From positions 123,951 to 187,950 of the forward strand of contig DASZXC010000008.1 of assembly GCA_035546035.1 (NCBI GenBank): 64,000 nucleotides of DNA, given 5' to 3'. The translations under genes and the position numbers were made by a program. The notes under the pieces are model-generated. The model ran no database searches and was not told the DNA's origin. It saw only the letters and a list, made by a program, of their open reading frames with translations. Within the stretch, counting starts at the first letter, position 1, and every line of letters starts with the position of its first letter. Positions 8,409-18,232 of the stretch are shown here, one piece after another. Source of the stretch: Minisyncoccota bacterium. GTDB lineage: Bacteria > Patescibacteriota > Minisyncoccia > Phycocordibacterales > UBA6065.

Positions 8409-9206
8409 ATGATCAAACACATGAAAATCATATATCGAGCATCGTCTGCCGCCGCTGCGCTCCTTGCCGCCGCTTCGGTCCATGCTCAAGCGATCCCTCA
8501 GCAGACCGTAACGCCGCCTCCGCCCCCTCCGAACATCGTAGCCCCGACGCCGGCGACCCCTGCGATCGGAGCAGGTTCTTCGGCGAGCGTCGTCTCTGAG
8601 ACGGCGCCTGCCGCCAATACGGCGGCTTCTTCGGGAGGTACCGCGTTGGCGGCTCCCGGCAACGCTTCGGCATCGGGCGAAGCTCCTGTCGGAAACGTCA
8701 CGGCAAAGCCGACGGCTGATCCTTTGTCGAGCCTTAACGCTCCCGGCGCTTCGACGGCAGGAAAGACGAATACGCCCGTCACGGCTCCCGTGAAAAGCAC
8801 GACAAGCGCTGCTACGGGCGCCATCTCTTCGCTCCTTCCGGTCGATGCGGCGAACCAGCTCTCGTCGAATGCAAATATCGTGTCTGATAAGCTTCGTGGC
8901 GCCATCGATAAGCTCGTCGCGGCCCGCGACAAGATCGTCGTGAGGAACGAGGCAGTGAAGGCGCGCGCGGCAGCCGGCACGGCTTCTGAGGCCGACGCTA
9001 AACTCGCAATGGCGGACGCCAAGCTCGCCCTCGCGCGTGCGGCGGTAACGGCGATCGCTGCTTCGATATCAGGCAGATCGACGGTCGAATCGGCGGCGAC
9101 GGCTCTCGAGTCGGCTGATGAAATCGCCCGCACGTCCATTCGCGCCGCGCAGGGCGCTTTGAAAGCCGCCCTTACAGTTCTTCAGGCCGCCGAGGCGAAT
9201 AAATAA
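8409..9206 (+). CDS. Secreted Ala/Pro/Thr-rich low-complexity protein, hypothetical
   Basis: Signal peptide (..AAALLAAASVHAQA), a PPPPPP stretch, and an Ala-rich helical C-terminal region. No catalytic motif. Confidence 0.5.
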   Translation: MIKHMKIIYRASSAAAALLAAASVHAQAIPQQTVTPPPPPPNIVAPTPATPAIGAGSSASVVSETAPAANTAASSGGTALAAPGNASASGEAPVGNVTAKPTADPLSSLNAPGASTAGKTNTPVTAPVKSTTSAATGAISSLLPVDAANQLSSNANIVSDKLRGAIDKLVAARDKIVVRNEAVKARAAAGTASEADAKLAMADAKLALARAAVTAIAASISGRSTVESAATALESADEIARTSIRAAQGALKAALTVLQAAEANK

Positions 9207-9212
9207 ACGCAT

Positions 9213-9500
9213 ATGAACCCACAAGAAAATTCAAGCAACCGCGCATACTGGATGATCCTCGCTGGCGTCGCTCTCCTCGCTGCTTTGGGCCTCGTCGCGT
9301 TCTATCTCTATCTCCAGAAAGAGGCCGCTCAGACGCCCGTTGACCAGACTCCCGTCACGACGGTTCCTGTGAATAGCGGCTCGCAGCAGAATGCGGCGTC
9401 ATCGGGCTCTCAAAGCGGGGCCACGACTGCAGAGCAGGATCTTTCGGGGGACGTGCTTTCAGGCACTGAATACAATCTCCGCGCTGGTTTGAGCCAATAA
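9213..9500 (+). CDS. Small membrane protein, hypothetical
   Basis: 95 aa. TM helix YWMILAGVALLAALGLVAFYLYL. Rest is Ser/Gln-rich. Confidence 0.4.
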   Translation: MNPQENSSNRAYWMILAGVALLAALGLVAFYLYLQKEAAQTPVDQTPVTTVPVNSGSQQNAASSGSQSGATTAEQDLSGDVLSGTEYNLRAGLSQ

Positions 9501-9705
9501 TGGCCGATTGACGCCCTTTGTCAGGCGAGGGATAATTTTCTTAGTATGAACCCTCTAGACCATCCTGTGATAGCGGGGTTTGCAGTCATCGTCGCGACCG
9601 GCCTGTGGCTCGTCTTGCTCAAGGCAAGGCAGGCTCCCAAAGGCATCGAAGACGAGCAGGGGTTCCATTATGCCGAAAAATAGCCCCATACCCCGAAGCG
9701 TTGCG

Positions 9706-9731
9706 AGAGCGGCCTTAAAGGCCGCTCTTTT
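9706..9731 (+). terminator. Intrinsic terminator hairpin before the pilus operon
   Basis: agagcggcc-ttaa-ggccgctct followed by TTTT. Confidence 0.55.
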
Positions 9732-9735
9732 CCGT

Positions 9736-9766
9736 TTAGCCGTCTGCGCCCGTCTTGCGGTATAAT
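9736..9766 (+). promoter_or_regulatory. Putative sigma70-type promoter of the type IV pilus operon
   Basis: TATAAT at 9761-9766 with TTAGCC about 19 nt upstream. Lies 18 nt before the pilB ATG at 9785. Confidence 0.4.
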
Positions 9767-9784
9767 AGATACACCGCTCTCTCT

Positions 9785-11536
9785 ATGTACATCGAAGAAT
9801 CCCAGCTCAAGCAATTCATCGCTGATTCGGGCCTCGTCTCGAAGAAAGACATGACCGATGCTCAGACAGAAGCCAAAGCCAAGAAGACGGGTCTCGGAGA
9901 GATCCTCGTCAACCACGGAAAGATATCCGAAGACGATCTCCGCAAGATGCAGGCATACATCCTTGGCATCCCGTTCGTGGATCTCAAGGGCCAGAAAATA
10001 GATTTCGCCATCCTCTCTCTCATTCCCGAGCCGATCGCGCGAAACCATAATATCGTCGCGTTCAAGAAAGACCCTTCGGCTCTCGAGGTTGCCATGCTCG
10101 ACACCGACGACCTTTCGGCCATCGATTTCATAAAGAAGAAGACCGGCCTCAAGATCCTCTCGCGCCTCACCGATACCGAATCCATAAAATCGGTCCTTCT
10201 CCAATATCAGAAGAGCCTTAAGGCCGAATTCGGCGATCTCATAAAAAACGAGACCGCGACTCTGAAAGCGCTCTCCGAGGAGATCGGTTCGAAAGGGAAG
10301 AGCGGCGACGACCTGAAGAAGATGGCCGAGGACCTGCCGGTCATCCGCATCGTGGATACGCTCTTAAAGCATGCCATCATCCAGGGCGCATCCGATATAC
10401 ATATCGAGCCTCTGGAAAAAGAGCTTTTGGTCCGCTACCGCATAGACGGCCTCCTCCACGACGCTATGGTCCTGCCGAAAGAAGCCGAGATGTCCATCAC
10501 GGCGCGCATCAAGGTGCTCTCGAACCTCAAGCTCGACGAGAAGCGCCTTCCGCAGGACGGACGATTCAAAGTAGAGATGAACGGCGAGAAAGTCTCGCTC
10601 CGCGTCTCTATCATGCCGACGTTCTATGGCGAAAAGACGGTGATGCGCCTGCTCCGTGAATCGGTTTCCGGATTCACGCTCGAGCATCTCGGTTTCCACG
10701 GCCCTGCGCTTGAACGGATCCACGATGCGACGCGATTGGCGACGGGCATGATCCTGGCTACAGGCCCTACGGGTTCGGGCAAATCGACGACGCTCTATAC
10801 GGTCCTCGATATCCTGAACCAGCCCGACGTGAATATCGCGACGGTCGAAGATCCTGTCGAATATCAGATGCCGCGCGTGAACCAGACCCAGGTCCGCCCC
10901 GACATCGGATTCACGTTCGCGTCGGGCCTCCGATCCCTTGTCCGCCAGGATCCGGACATCATCATGGTAGGCGAGATCCGCGACAACGAGACGGCGTCCC
11001 TTGCCGTGAACGCGGCTCTTACGGGTCACCTCGTGCTTTCGACCCTTCATACCAATTCCGCCGCGGGCTCCATGCCGCGCCTCATGGATATGAAGATCGA
11101 GCCGTTCCTGCTCGCTTCAACGCTTGCCGTCGTCATCGGCCAGCGCCTCGTGCGGCGCCTCGCGGACAATAAAGACCTCAAGCCTTTGACTAAGGCCGAG
11201 CTCGGCGCATTGGGCAAGGTCGTGGATCTTGACCGCATGCTCGCGCTTCTCCGCGACGAGAAGATCATCGGTCCGAAGGACGATTGGGCTAAGGTCATGT
11301 TCGGCTCCCCTCGCGCCGAAGGCGACAATGACGGATACAAGGGCCGCGTCGGCATCCATGAAGTGCTCAAGATGACGCCGACGATCAGGGAGCTGATCAT
11401 GAAAGGAGCGACGTCCGCCGAGATCGAGGCGCAGGCCAAGAAAGAGGGAATGATCACCATGCTCGAAGACGGCATATTCTCCGCCGCTCAGGGCCTGACG
11501 ACGATCGAAGAGGTTCTCCGCGTGGTTTCCGAATAG
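9785..11536 (+). CDS. pilB: Type IV pilus assembly ATPase PilB (GspE family)
   Basis: Walker A GPTGSGKST, ..VEDPVEYQ.., and the tetracysteine-less GspE core are recognisable. Start taken at internal Met (MYIEES) of track ORF 9755..11536, just downstream of the promoter. Confidence 0.9.
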   Translation: MYIEESQLKQFIADSGLVSKKDMTDAQTEAKAKKTGLGEILVNHGKISEDDLRKMQAYILGIPFVDLKGQKIDFAILSLIPEPIARNHNIVAFKKDPSALEVAMLDTDDLSAIDFIKKKTGLKILSRLTDTESIKSVLLQYQKSLKAEFGDLIKNETATLKALSEEIGSKGKSGDDLKKMAEDLPVIRIVDTLLKHAIIQGASDIHIEPLEKELLVRYRIDGLLHDAMVLPKEAEMSITARIKVLSNLKLDEKRLPQDGRFKVEMNGEKVSLRVSIMPTFYGEKTVMRLLRESVSGFTLEHLGFHGPALERIHDATRLATGMILATGPTGSGKSTTLYTVLDILNQPDVNIATVEDPVEYQMPRVNQTQVRPDIGFTFASGLRSLVRQDPDIIMVGEIRDNETASLAVNAALTGHLVLSTLHTNSAAGSMPRLMDMKIEPFLLASTLAVVIGQRLVRRLADNKDLKPLTKAELGALGKVVDLDRMLALLRDEKIIGPKDDWAKVMFGSPRAEGDNDGYKGRVGIHEVLKMTPTIRELIMKGATSAEIEAQAKKEGMITMLEDGIFSAAQGLTTIEEVLRVVSE

Positions 11537-11548
11537 ATCTCGAACAAA

Positions 11549-12763
11549 ATGCTTTTCTCATACACAGCGGTTCGAAAAGACGGCACCCATTACGAGGATA
11601 CGCTCGAGGCTGCCGACAAATTCGCTCTTTATAAAGAGCTCCATGCCCGCGGCGAGACCGTGCTCTCCGTTTCCGACAAGAGATCGAAGCCGAACGCGCT
11701 CAAGCGCTTCGCATCGATTAGCCTCGGCGGCATAAAGGCCGAAGACAGGATCCTTTTTGCCAAGAATCTCTCCGCTATGATCAAGGCGGGCCTTCCTCTG
11801 TCGCGCTCGCTCGCGGTCCTCGATCGCCAGATGAATAAGAAGCAGTGGAAGGGGATCATTGCGTCTCTCGAAGACTCTCTCTCCAAAGGGTCGAGCTTTT
11901 CCCAGGCTCTGGCAGCGTTCCCGAAGTATTTCCCGCCGTTCCTCACGTCCATGGTCGCCGTGGGCGAAGAATCCGGATCGCTCTCCCAGTCCCTTTTGAT
12001 CGTCGCGGACCAGCTGGAGAAATCGCATAACCTCCAGAAAAAAGTCCGCGGCGCGATGATATATCCAGCTATCATCCTTACCGTCATGGCGGCGATCGGC
12101 GTCATGATGTTCGTATTCGTCGTGCCGAAATTGACCGCGACGTTCGCTTCATTCAATACCGAGCTTCCTCTCGCTACCCGCTCCGTCATCGCGGCGAGCG
12201 ATTTCTTCAGCCATTACTGGCTCATCGTCCTTGTCGCGCTTATCCTCGTCGTCCTTGGCGTATATGCATTGGCGAAGACCGCCGGAGGCAAGAGGGCGAT
12301 CCACAAGCTCATCCTCAAGCTACCTATCACCGGCAAGATCGCGGTCAATATAAATACCGCCCGCACGGCCCGAACCCTTTCGTCCATGCTCGCGTCGGGT
12401 GTCGATGTCGTCGCGGCGCTCCGCATCACGGGCGACGTCGTCCAGAACATCCATTATCGCGCGATGCTCCAGAAAGCCGCCGATGATATACAAAAAGGCT
12501 CCACGCTCCAGTCGCTTTTCGTCAGCCGCGAAGACATATATCCGGCATTCATAGCCGAGATGATCGGGGTGGGAGAGGAGACAGGCACGCTCTCGAAGAC
12601 TCTCCTCGAAGTCGCGTCGTTCTATGAAGCCGAAGTTGAGGAAAAGACCAAGGACATGTCCACTATCATCGAGCCTGTGCTCATGGTGATCATCGGCATC
12701 GGCGTCGGTTTCTTCGCGCTCGCCATGATATCGCCGATCTACTCGCTCTCGAGCGCTATATAG
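11549..12763 (+). CDS. pilC: Type IV pilus inner-membrane platform protein PilC (GspF family)
   Basis: 404 aa with two GspF repeats (..LSAMIKAGLPLSRSLAVL.. / ..LSSMLASGVDVVAALRI..) and three TM segments. Immediately follows pilB. Confidence 0.9.
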   Translation: MLFSYTAVRKDGTHYEDTLEAADKFALYKELHARGETVLSVSDKRSKPNALKRFASISLGGIKAEDRILFAKNLSAMIKAGLPLSRSLAVLDRQMNKKQWKGIIASLEDSLSKGSSFSQALAAFPKYFPPFLTSMVAVGEESGSLSQSLLIVADQLEKSHNLQKKVRGAMIYPAIILTVMAAIGVMMFVFVVPKLTATFASFNTELPLATRSVIAASDFFSHYWLIVLVALILVVLGVYALAKTAGGKRAIHKLILKLPITGKIAVNINTARTARTLSSMLASGVDVVAALRITGDVVQNIHYRAMLQKAADDIQKGSTLQSLFVSREDIYPAFIAEMIGVGEETGTLSKTLLEVASFYEAEVEEKTKDMSTIIEPVLMVIIGIGVGFFALAMISPIYSLSSAI

Positions 12764-13231
12764 ATGAAAACTCCTGTTCCCACAACGCGCGGATTCAATA
12801 TCGTCGAGCTCCTCCTCGTCATCGCCATTCTTAGCCTGGTCGTGGGCGTTTCCGTCCAGTCCTATGTGAACTTCTCGCGCGCGCAAAGCCTCGCCGCCTC
12901 GGCTTCGGCTCTCGCCGGCGCGCTCCGCGACGCCCGCGCGCGCACCCTCGCCTCTGTTTCCGCCTCCCAGTACGGCGTGAAGACCGACACGAACATATTC
13001 ACGGTCTTCAAGGGCTCTTCGTTCTCTTCGTCCACCCCGGGGAACGAGACGTTCACGTTCCCTTATCCCGTGGCCGCTTCCTCGTCTTCGTCCATGCGCA
13101 CGGTCACGTTCACCCGCGTGACGGGGAACGCGTCGGCGTCTGGTACAATTGACCTGTACCTTCCTGGCCTCCCCGGTGTCCAGAAAAAGACGGTCTCCAT
13201 ACAGAATACGGGGCTCGTAAGCATCCAATAG
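12764..13231 (+). CDS. Prepilin-type (pseudo)pilin
   Basis: N-terminus ...TRG/FNIVELLLVIAILSLVVGV is a class III signal peptide with Glu at +5. Start is adjacent to the pilC stop. Confidence 0.75.
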   Translation: MKTPVPTTRGFNIVELLLVIAILSLVVGVSVQSYVNFSRAQSLAASASALAGALRDARARTLASVSASQYGVKTDTNIFTVFKGSSFSSSTPGNETFTFPYPVAASSSSSMRTVTFTRVTGNASASGTIDLYLPGLPGVQKKTVSIQNTGLVSIQ

Positions 13232-13693
13232 ATGAATCCCAAAGGATCAGTGATTCTCGAAGTCGTGGTCGCCGCGTCCATCATGGCCGTCGTCGCTCTC
13301 GCATTCCTCGGCAGCTTCGCTGTCCTCACGCGCGTCCATGAAAGGAATATGTTGTTCATCAAGGGCGACCTCCTCGCCGAAGAGGGCCTCGAGGCGATGC
13401 GCTTCATCAAGGCCGCGGGCTGGAACAACCTTTCCGGCATTCCTTCCGGTACGGCGCGATATCTGGCCGTCGGCGTCTCGGCCTGGAGCGTCACGACGAC
13501 TCCTGAAAGGATCGACGGCGATTTCTACCGCACCATAAGGGTCTATCAGGTATCAAGGAATTCGTCCGACGACATCGTCGCGTCGGGCGGGACCGTCGAC
13601 GCGAATACGCTCCTTACCGAATCGAGCGTCTCGTGGTCGTATCGCGGCGCCACGACGACCGTAACATATAAGGCTTATGTCACGAACATCTAA
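13232..13693 (+). CDS. Minor pilin-like protein (PilV-like N-terminus)
   Basis: MNPKG/SVILEVVVAASIMAVVALAFLG: prepilin-like leader with Glu+5. Start abuts the previous stop. Confidence 0.6.
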   Translation: MNPKGSVILEVVVAASIMAVVALAFLGSFAVLTRVHERNMLFIKGDLLAEEGLEAMRFIKAAGWNNLSGIPSGTARYLAVGVSAWSVTTTPERIDGDFYRTIRVYQVSRNSSDDIVASGGTVDANTLLTESSVSWSYRGATTTVTYKAYVTNI

Positions 13694-14195
13694 AGGATAT
13701 ACTCTCGTCGAGATGCTCGTCTATATCGCGCTCATCGCGCTCCTCTTCAGCGCGCTCGCGGCGGCGGTCTCACAGATATCGAAATCAGAGCGCCGCGCCC
13801 GCGCATTCCTCGACATAAACTCTGCGGCCATATCGGCATTCAGTCGCTTCTCGCGCGACATCCGCCGCGCTACGTCCATCGATATCGTGAACAGTACGCT
13901 CTCCGCGAGCTCAGGCAAGCTCGCTCTCATCATGAAGAATGCCGACGGCACGTCTTCGACGACGAAATTCTATCTGTCCGCCGACGGCATGGTCAAAGTC
14001 GAGCAGGACGGCGTATACGCCGGAAGCGTGACATCCGACAACATGCAGGTTTCGAACCTGACGTTCTGGAAATTCTCGCAGGCTTCGACCACGGCAGTGA
14101 GGATAGAGATGACGCTCGCTCCCGATGCTTCCACAACCGTGCCGGCGCTTAACTTCTACGGCACGTACGTCCTGCGAGGCTCATATCTTGAATAA
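13677..14195 (+). CDS. Prepilin-type (pseudo)pilin
   Basis: MSRTSKG/YTLVEMLVYIALIALLFSALAAAV, a canonical prepilin cleavage/methylation motif. Overlaps the previous gene by 17 nt. Confidence 0.75.
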   Translation: MSRTSKGYTLVEMLVYIALIALLFSALAAAVSQISKSERRARAFLDINSAAISAFSRFSRDIRRATSIDIVNSTLSASSGKLALIMKNADGTSSTTKFYLSADGMVKVEQDGVYAGSVTSDNMQVSNLTFWKFSQASTTAVRIEMTLAPDASTTVPALNFYGTYVLRGSYLE

Positions 14196-14207
14196 CTAAG
14201 GCCTTCC

Positions 14208-15938
14208 ATGAAAAAAATATACGAAACGCAGAAAGGATTCGCTCTCATGACCGCGCTCATATTTGTCCTCGTGGGCGGGGCGGTGATCGTGGGCGGCATC
14301 GCGGACGCCGTCTCGCGCGAGGTCAAAACGGTCCGCAACGAATCTAATTCCAAGCAGAGCTACTACACGTCTGAGTCGTCTCTCGAAGACTCCATATACA
14401 GGATCAAAAACAGCAAGCAGATCGGATCGGTCGAGACGCTCGCTATCGGCACGACGAAGGCAACTTCCACTATTGTTACGGGCTCTGATGGCGACAAGCA
14501 GATAGATTCGGCGAGCGACGTCGTCGGCACGAACCGCACGACCGAAGCGACGCTCGATATAACTGCGGGCGTGTCATTCCCATTCGTGCTCCAGGGCGGA
14601 GTAGGGGGCATAGACCTGAATAGCGGCTCGGTTACGGGCGATATCTATACGACCGGATCAATCCGCGGCTGCGGATTCTGCAGCATATCAGGCCTCGCCA
14701 CGGCAGCGGGCGGATCGTCGGCTGACTTGGACCAAGATAATTCATCGCCTTCGACGCCGACTAATTCCATAAGCTTCGCTTCGACGACGAATGCCCAGGA
14801 CTTTGCGCAGAGCTTCACTGTTTCGCAGACGCTTTCGATCGCCGATCTCCAGCTATATATAAAGAAAGTGGGCAGTCCTTCGAATGCGACCATCAGGATC
14901 ACGACGAATAGTTCCGGCTCGCCGTCGAATACGGTTCTTGCGAGCGGCACACTCTCCTCGTCCCTGGTTTCGACGTCGTATTCATGGGAAGACATCACCC
15001 TCACGGCCAATCCGATACTGACCATGGGCACGACCTATTGGATAGTCATAGACGCTAATAACAACTCCTCGAATTATTACGTCATCGCCGCGAATAATAA
15101 CGCCTATAGCTCCGGCTCGGCGAAGCTTGGTAAATACAACACGTCGTGGAGCAACGTCTCTCCGGCGACTCTCGATGCGTATTTCAGGATCTATATCGGC
15201 ACGAATCAGACGAGTATCGAAGGCATAGACAGCTATACCGGATTCACGGTCGGAAGCGCGTATGGATACAACGTATCGAACGTGACCTCGTCGGGCGTGC
15301 TCTACTGCCAGACAGGAAGCGAGAATAACAAGGCCTGTGACACGTCCCGCGGCGATCCTCCGATAGAGCAATATCCCGCGGCCGACTCGACCATCACGGG
15401 TTGGAAGGCTACTGCAGCCGCAGGCGGCACGTATTCGGGCAATCGAAGCGTCGATTGGTCGGGCGCGACCATCGGCCCGCAGAAGATAAGCGGCAACCTG
15501 ACGGTTTCCGGCGGCGGAACGCTCGTCGTATCTGGCATAATATGGGTCACGGGCGACGTGACGATAAACGGCGGCGCGACCGTCATGCCGCAGGGAACGG
15601 GCAAAAGCTTCGCCATCATCTCTGACGGCAAGATAAGCCTCAACGGCGGCGCGAGCATCACCGGAAGCTCTGGAAACGGCCACATACTCCTCGTTTCCAC
15701 CAATACGGCCGATCCGGCCATCACCATAAACGGCGGGGCGAATGATACGGTCGTTTTCGTGCCGTACGGCGGCCTCCTCATCACCGGCGGCGCCACCGCA
15801 AAAGCGGCTTCGGCAAAGCATATAACGACCGACGGCGGGGCGAACCTCATATATGACCCTTCTGTAGCGAGTTTGAACCTTACCGGCGGTACGACCGAAG
15901 GCTCTTTCGGCATAAAGACCTGGAAAGAAACCCAATAG
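14208..15938 (+). CDS. Large pilus-associated minor pilin/tip protein (PilX-like N-terminus plus beta-helix-like repeats)
   Basis: MKKIYETQKG/FALMTALIFVLVGGAVIVGG prepilin-like N-terminus. 576 aa rich in Gly/Thr/Ser with repeated ..NGGA../..TGG.. units. Last gene of the pil operon. Confidence 0.6.
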   Translation: MKKIYETQKGFALMTALIFVLVGGAVIVGGIADAVSREVKTVRNESNSKQSYYTSESSLEDSIYRIKNSKQIGSVETLAIGTTKATSTIVTGSDGDKQIDSASDVVGTNRTTEATLDITAGVSFPFVLQGGVGGIDLNSGSVTGDIYTTGSIRGCGFCSISGLATAAGGSSADLDQDNSSPSTPTNSISFASTTNAQDFAQSFTVSQTLSIADLQLYIKKVGSPSNATIRITTNSSGSPSNTVLASGTLSSSLVSTSYSWEDITLTANPILTMGTTYWIVIDANNNSSNYYVIAANNNAYSSGSAKLGKYNTSWSNVSPATLDAYFRIYIGTNQTSIEGIDSYTGFTVGSAYGYNVSNVTSSGVLYCQTGSENNKACDTSRGDPPIEQYPAADSTITGWKATAAAGGTYSGNRSVDWSGATIGPQKISGNLTVSGGGTLVVSGIIWVTGDVTINGGATVMPQGTGKSFAIISDGKISLNGGASITGSSGNGHILLVSTNTADPAITINGGANDTVVFVPYGGLLITGGATAKAASAKHITTDGGANLIYDPSVASLNLTGGTTEGSFGIKTWKETQ

Positions 15939-15959
15939 CGCCTCTGCTATAATTGGGCG

Positions 15960-16727
15960 ATGGGCATAGCAAAGAAAAGCTTCATACTGGTCGGCAATTG
16001 GAAGATGAATCCCGCTACGCGCGAAGAAGCGAAGGCGATATTTTCGCCCATTCTGCGCGCCGCAAAGGACGCTCGAAAGACTACGGTCGTCATAGCTCCT
16101 CCGGCGCCTTTTATCCGCGAGCTCGTCGGAAAAGGACCGATCCATATTTCCGCTCAGGATGTTTCCGAACATGCCGAGGGCGCTTTCACCGGCTCGGTAT
16201 CGGCGCGCGAGCTCAAGAGCGCAGGCGCAGAATACGCCATCGTCGGCCATAGCGAGCGACGCAAAGCAGGCGATACGGACGAGATCGTAGCGAAAAAAGC
16301 GGCGCAGGCTCTTGAGGCGGGCCTCCGCGTCATCGTCTGCGTCGGAGAATCCGAGCGCGACCCGAATGCACAGTATCTACGCGCCGTGCGGGAGCAGGTC
16401 ATCGGCATACTCTCTTCGGTAAATAAGAAGCTTGCGAAGTGGGTTACGATCGCCTATGAGCCTGTCTGGGCGATCGGCAAAAGCTATGACACGTCGCTCT
16501 CGCCGTCAGACATCCACGAGATGACTATATATATCCGCAAGGTCGCGGCCGAAGCCCTCGGAAAAAAAGACGGGCTCAAGATCCCCGTCCTCTATGGAGG
16601 CTCCGTCGATTTCGAGCATGCCAAAGCGATGCTCGCCGAATCGTCCGTCGACGGGCTTTTGATCGGCCGCCAGTCGCTCGATCCGAAGGCTTTCAGCGCG
16701 ATCATCGAATATGCCGACTCCCTTTAA
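15960..16727 (+). CDS. tpiA: Triosephosphate isomerase
   Basis: FILVGNWKMN, IAPPAPFI, VGHSERR and YEPVWAIG motifs are present. Confidence 0.9.
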   Translation: MGIAKKSFILVGNWKMNPATREEAKAIFSPILRAAKDARKTTVVIAPPAPFIRELVGKGPIHISAQDVSEHAEGAFTGSVSARELKSAGAEYAIVGHSERRKAGDTDEIVAKKAAQALEAGLRVIVCVGESERDPNAQYLRAVREQVIGILSSVNKKLAKWVTIAYEPVWAIGKSYDTSLSPSDIHEMTIYIRKVAAEALGKKDGLKIPVLYGGSVDFEHAKAMLAESSVDGLLIGRQSLDPKAFSAIIEYADSL

Positions 16728-17838
16728 GAAAATCGCAGACGAAAAGGATATCAAGGGCAAGAAGATCCTCTTGCGCCTCGATTTGAACGTCCCTATCGTC
16801 GGCGGGGAAGTCCGAGACGATTTCCGCATCCGGCGCTCGATGCCGACGCTTAAAATGCTCCGCGAAAAGGGCGCTAAGACCATCGTCATAAGCCATATCG
16901 AAAGCGATGTGACGGATTCTCTATCGCGAGTCGCCACATATATAACCGCGAAAATGCCGGTCAAGGCATTCGTCGCCAAACTCGAAGACGCTCAGAAAGT
17001 CGTGAACACCATGCAGGACGGCGATATCATCATCCTCGAAAATCTCCGCCAGGATCCGGGGGAAAAGGAGAACGACCCCGTATTCGCCGGCCGTTTGGCG
17101 TCTCTGGCCGACTATTACGTGAACGACGCGTTCGCCGTGTCGCATCGCGAGCACGCTTCGATCGTATCCGTGCCGAGACTGATCCCTCATTTCGCGGGCC
17201 CGCTTTTGGCAGAAGAGGTGGGAGAGCTTTCAAAGGCCTTCAACCCTCCGCATCCGTTCTTGTTCGTCCTCGGCGGAGCGAAATTCGACACGAAATTGCC
17301 TCTCATCGAAAAATTCCTGGATATCGCCGACTATGTTTTCGTCGGCGGCGCATTGGCGAACGATATTTACAAAGAGAAAGGCTATGAAGTCGGCATTTCG
17401 ACTATTGCTAAAGCCCGCGTCAATCTGAAGCACATCGAAAAGAACCCGCGCCTCATGATACCGGCCGACGTCGTCGTATCGAGCCCTCTTGAGAGGGTCG
17501 TGCGCGATCCCGAACTGGTCGGTCCCGGCGAAAAGATCATGGACGCCGGGCCGCGCACCATAAGCGAGCTCGCCGATCTTTTGAACGAGATCGAATTCGT
17601 GCTCTGGAACGGCCCGCTCGGCGACTATGAGAGCGGTTTCGGGGAGGGAACGGAATCTTTGGCCCGCGCCATCGCCGACAGCCATGCGAGGTCTATCATC
17701 GGCGGAGGCGACACCATCGCATCGGTCGCTAAAATGGGGCTCCTGGATAGATTCTCTTTCGTATCCACGGGCGGCGGCGCCATGATCGAATTCCTCGCTA
17801 AGGGAACCCTGCCGGGAATAGAAGCTCTTGGCGCCTAA
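16711..17838 (+). CDS. pgk: Phosphoglycerate kinase
   Basis: ILLRLDLNVP, ..GGAKFDTK.. and ..GGGDT.. motifs. Overlaps tpiA by 17 nt (operon). Confidence 0.9.
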   Translation: MPTPFKKIADEKDIKGKKILLRLDLNVPIVGGEVRDDFRIRRSMPTLKMLREKGAKTIVISHIESDVTDSLSRVATYITAKMPVKAFVAKLEDAQKVVNTMQDGDIIILENLRQDPGEKENDPVFAGRLASLADYYVNDAFAVSHREHASIVSVPRLIPHFAGPLLAEEVGELSKAFNPPHPFLFVLGGAKFDTKLPLIEKFLDIADYVFVGGALANDIYKEKGYEVGISTIAKARVNLKHIEKNPRLMIPADVVVSSPLERVVRDPELVGPGEKIMDAGPRTISELADLLNEIEFVLWNGPLGDYESGFGEGTESLARAIADSHARSIIGGGDTIASVAKMGLLDRFSFVSTGGGAMIEFLAKGTLPGIEALGA

Positions 17839-18200
17839 GTCCGGAGATTGTCGCGGATAAGCTCTGCATTTTTGGCGAAATCTTTCGGATCCCCGGCGAT
17901 ATTCTTATCCGGATATATCCAGATGTGCGCATGGGGCACTTCTTCGCCTATGATCTTTGAGAGGACGAAGTCGGTGTCGAAGGCTTTTTTCTGGGCAAGG
18001 GCGATTTTGCGCGCGATCTCGAAATATGCGCCTGCATTCGGAACGTCCCAGACCCAGCGATAGTGCTTTTTCGGTATGACGAGCGCGTGTCCCGGCGAAA
18101 GGGGATTTATATCGAGAAATCCCAGGAAATCAGGGTCCTCGTAGACCTTGTGGGCGGGTATCGTTCCCGCAACTATCTTACAGAATATGCAGCTTTCCAT
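17835..18200 (-). CDS. HIT (histidine triad) family hydrolase
   Basis: CIFCKI...HxHxHxx (HAHIWIY) motifs in a 121-aa protein. Confidence 0.8.
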   Translation of the reverse strand: MESCIFCKIVAGTIPAHKVYEDPDFLGFLDINPLSPGHALVIPKKHYRWVWDVPNAGAYFEIARKIALAQKKAFDTDFVLSKIIGEEVPHAHIWIYPDKNIAGDPKDFAKNAELIRDNLRT

Positions 18201-18232
18201 ATCTCGATGATATCACATGCTAAAATACGCTT

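Noticed and set aside
9546-9765. Small ORFs upstream of pilB (9546-9683 encoding a 45-aa single-TM peptide; 9580-9765)
   Set aside because: Below reliable size. The second overlaps the terminator and promoter elements. The 45-aa TM peptide could be real but there is no supporting RBS or conservation evidence.
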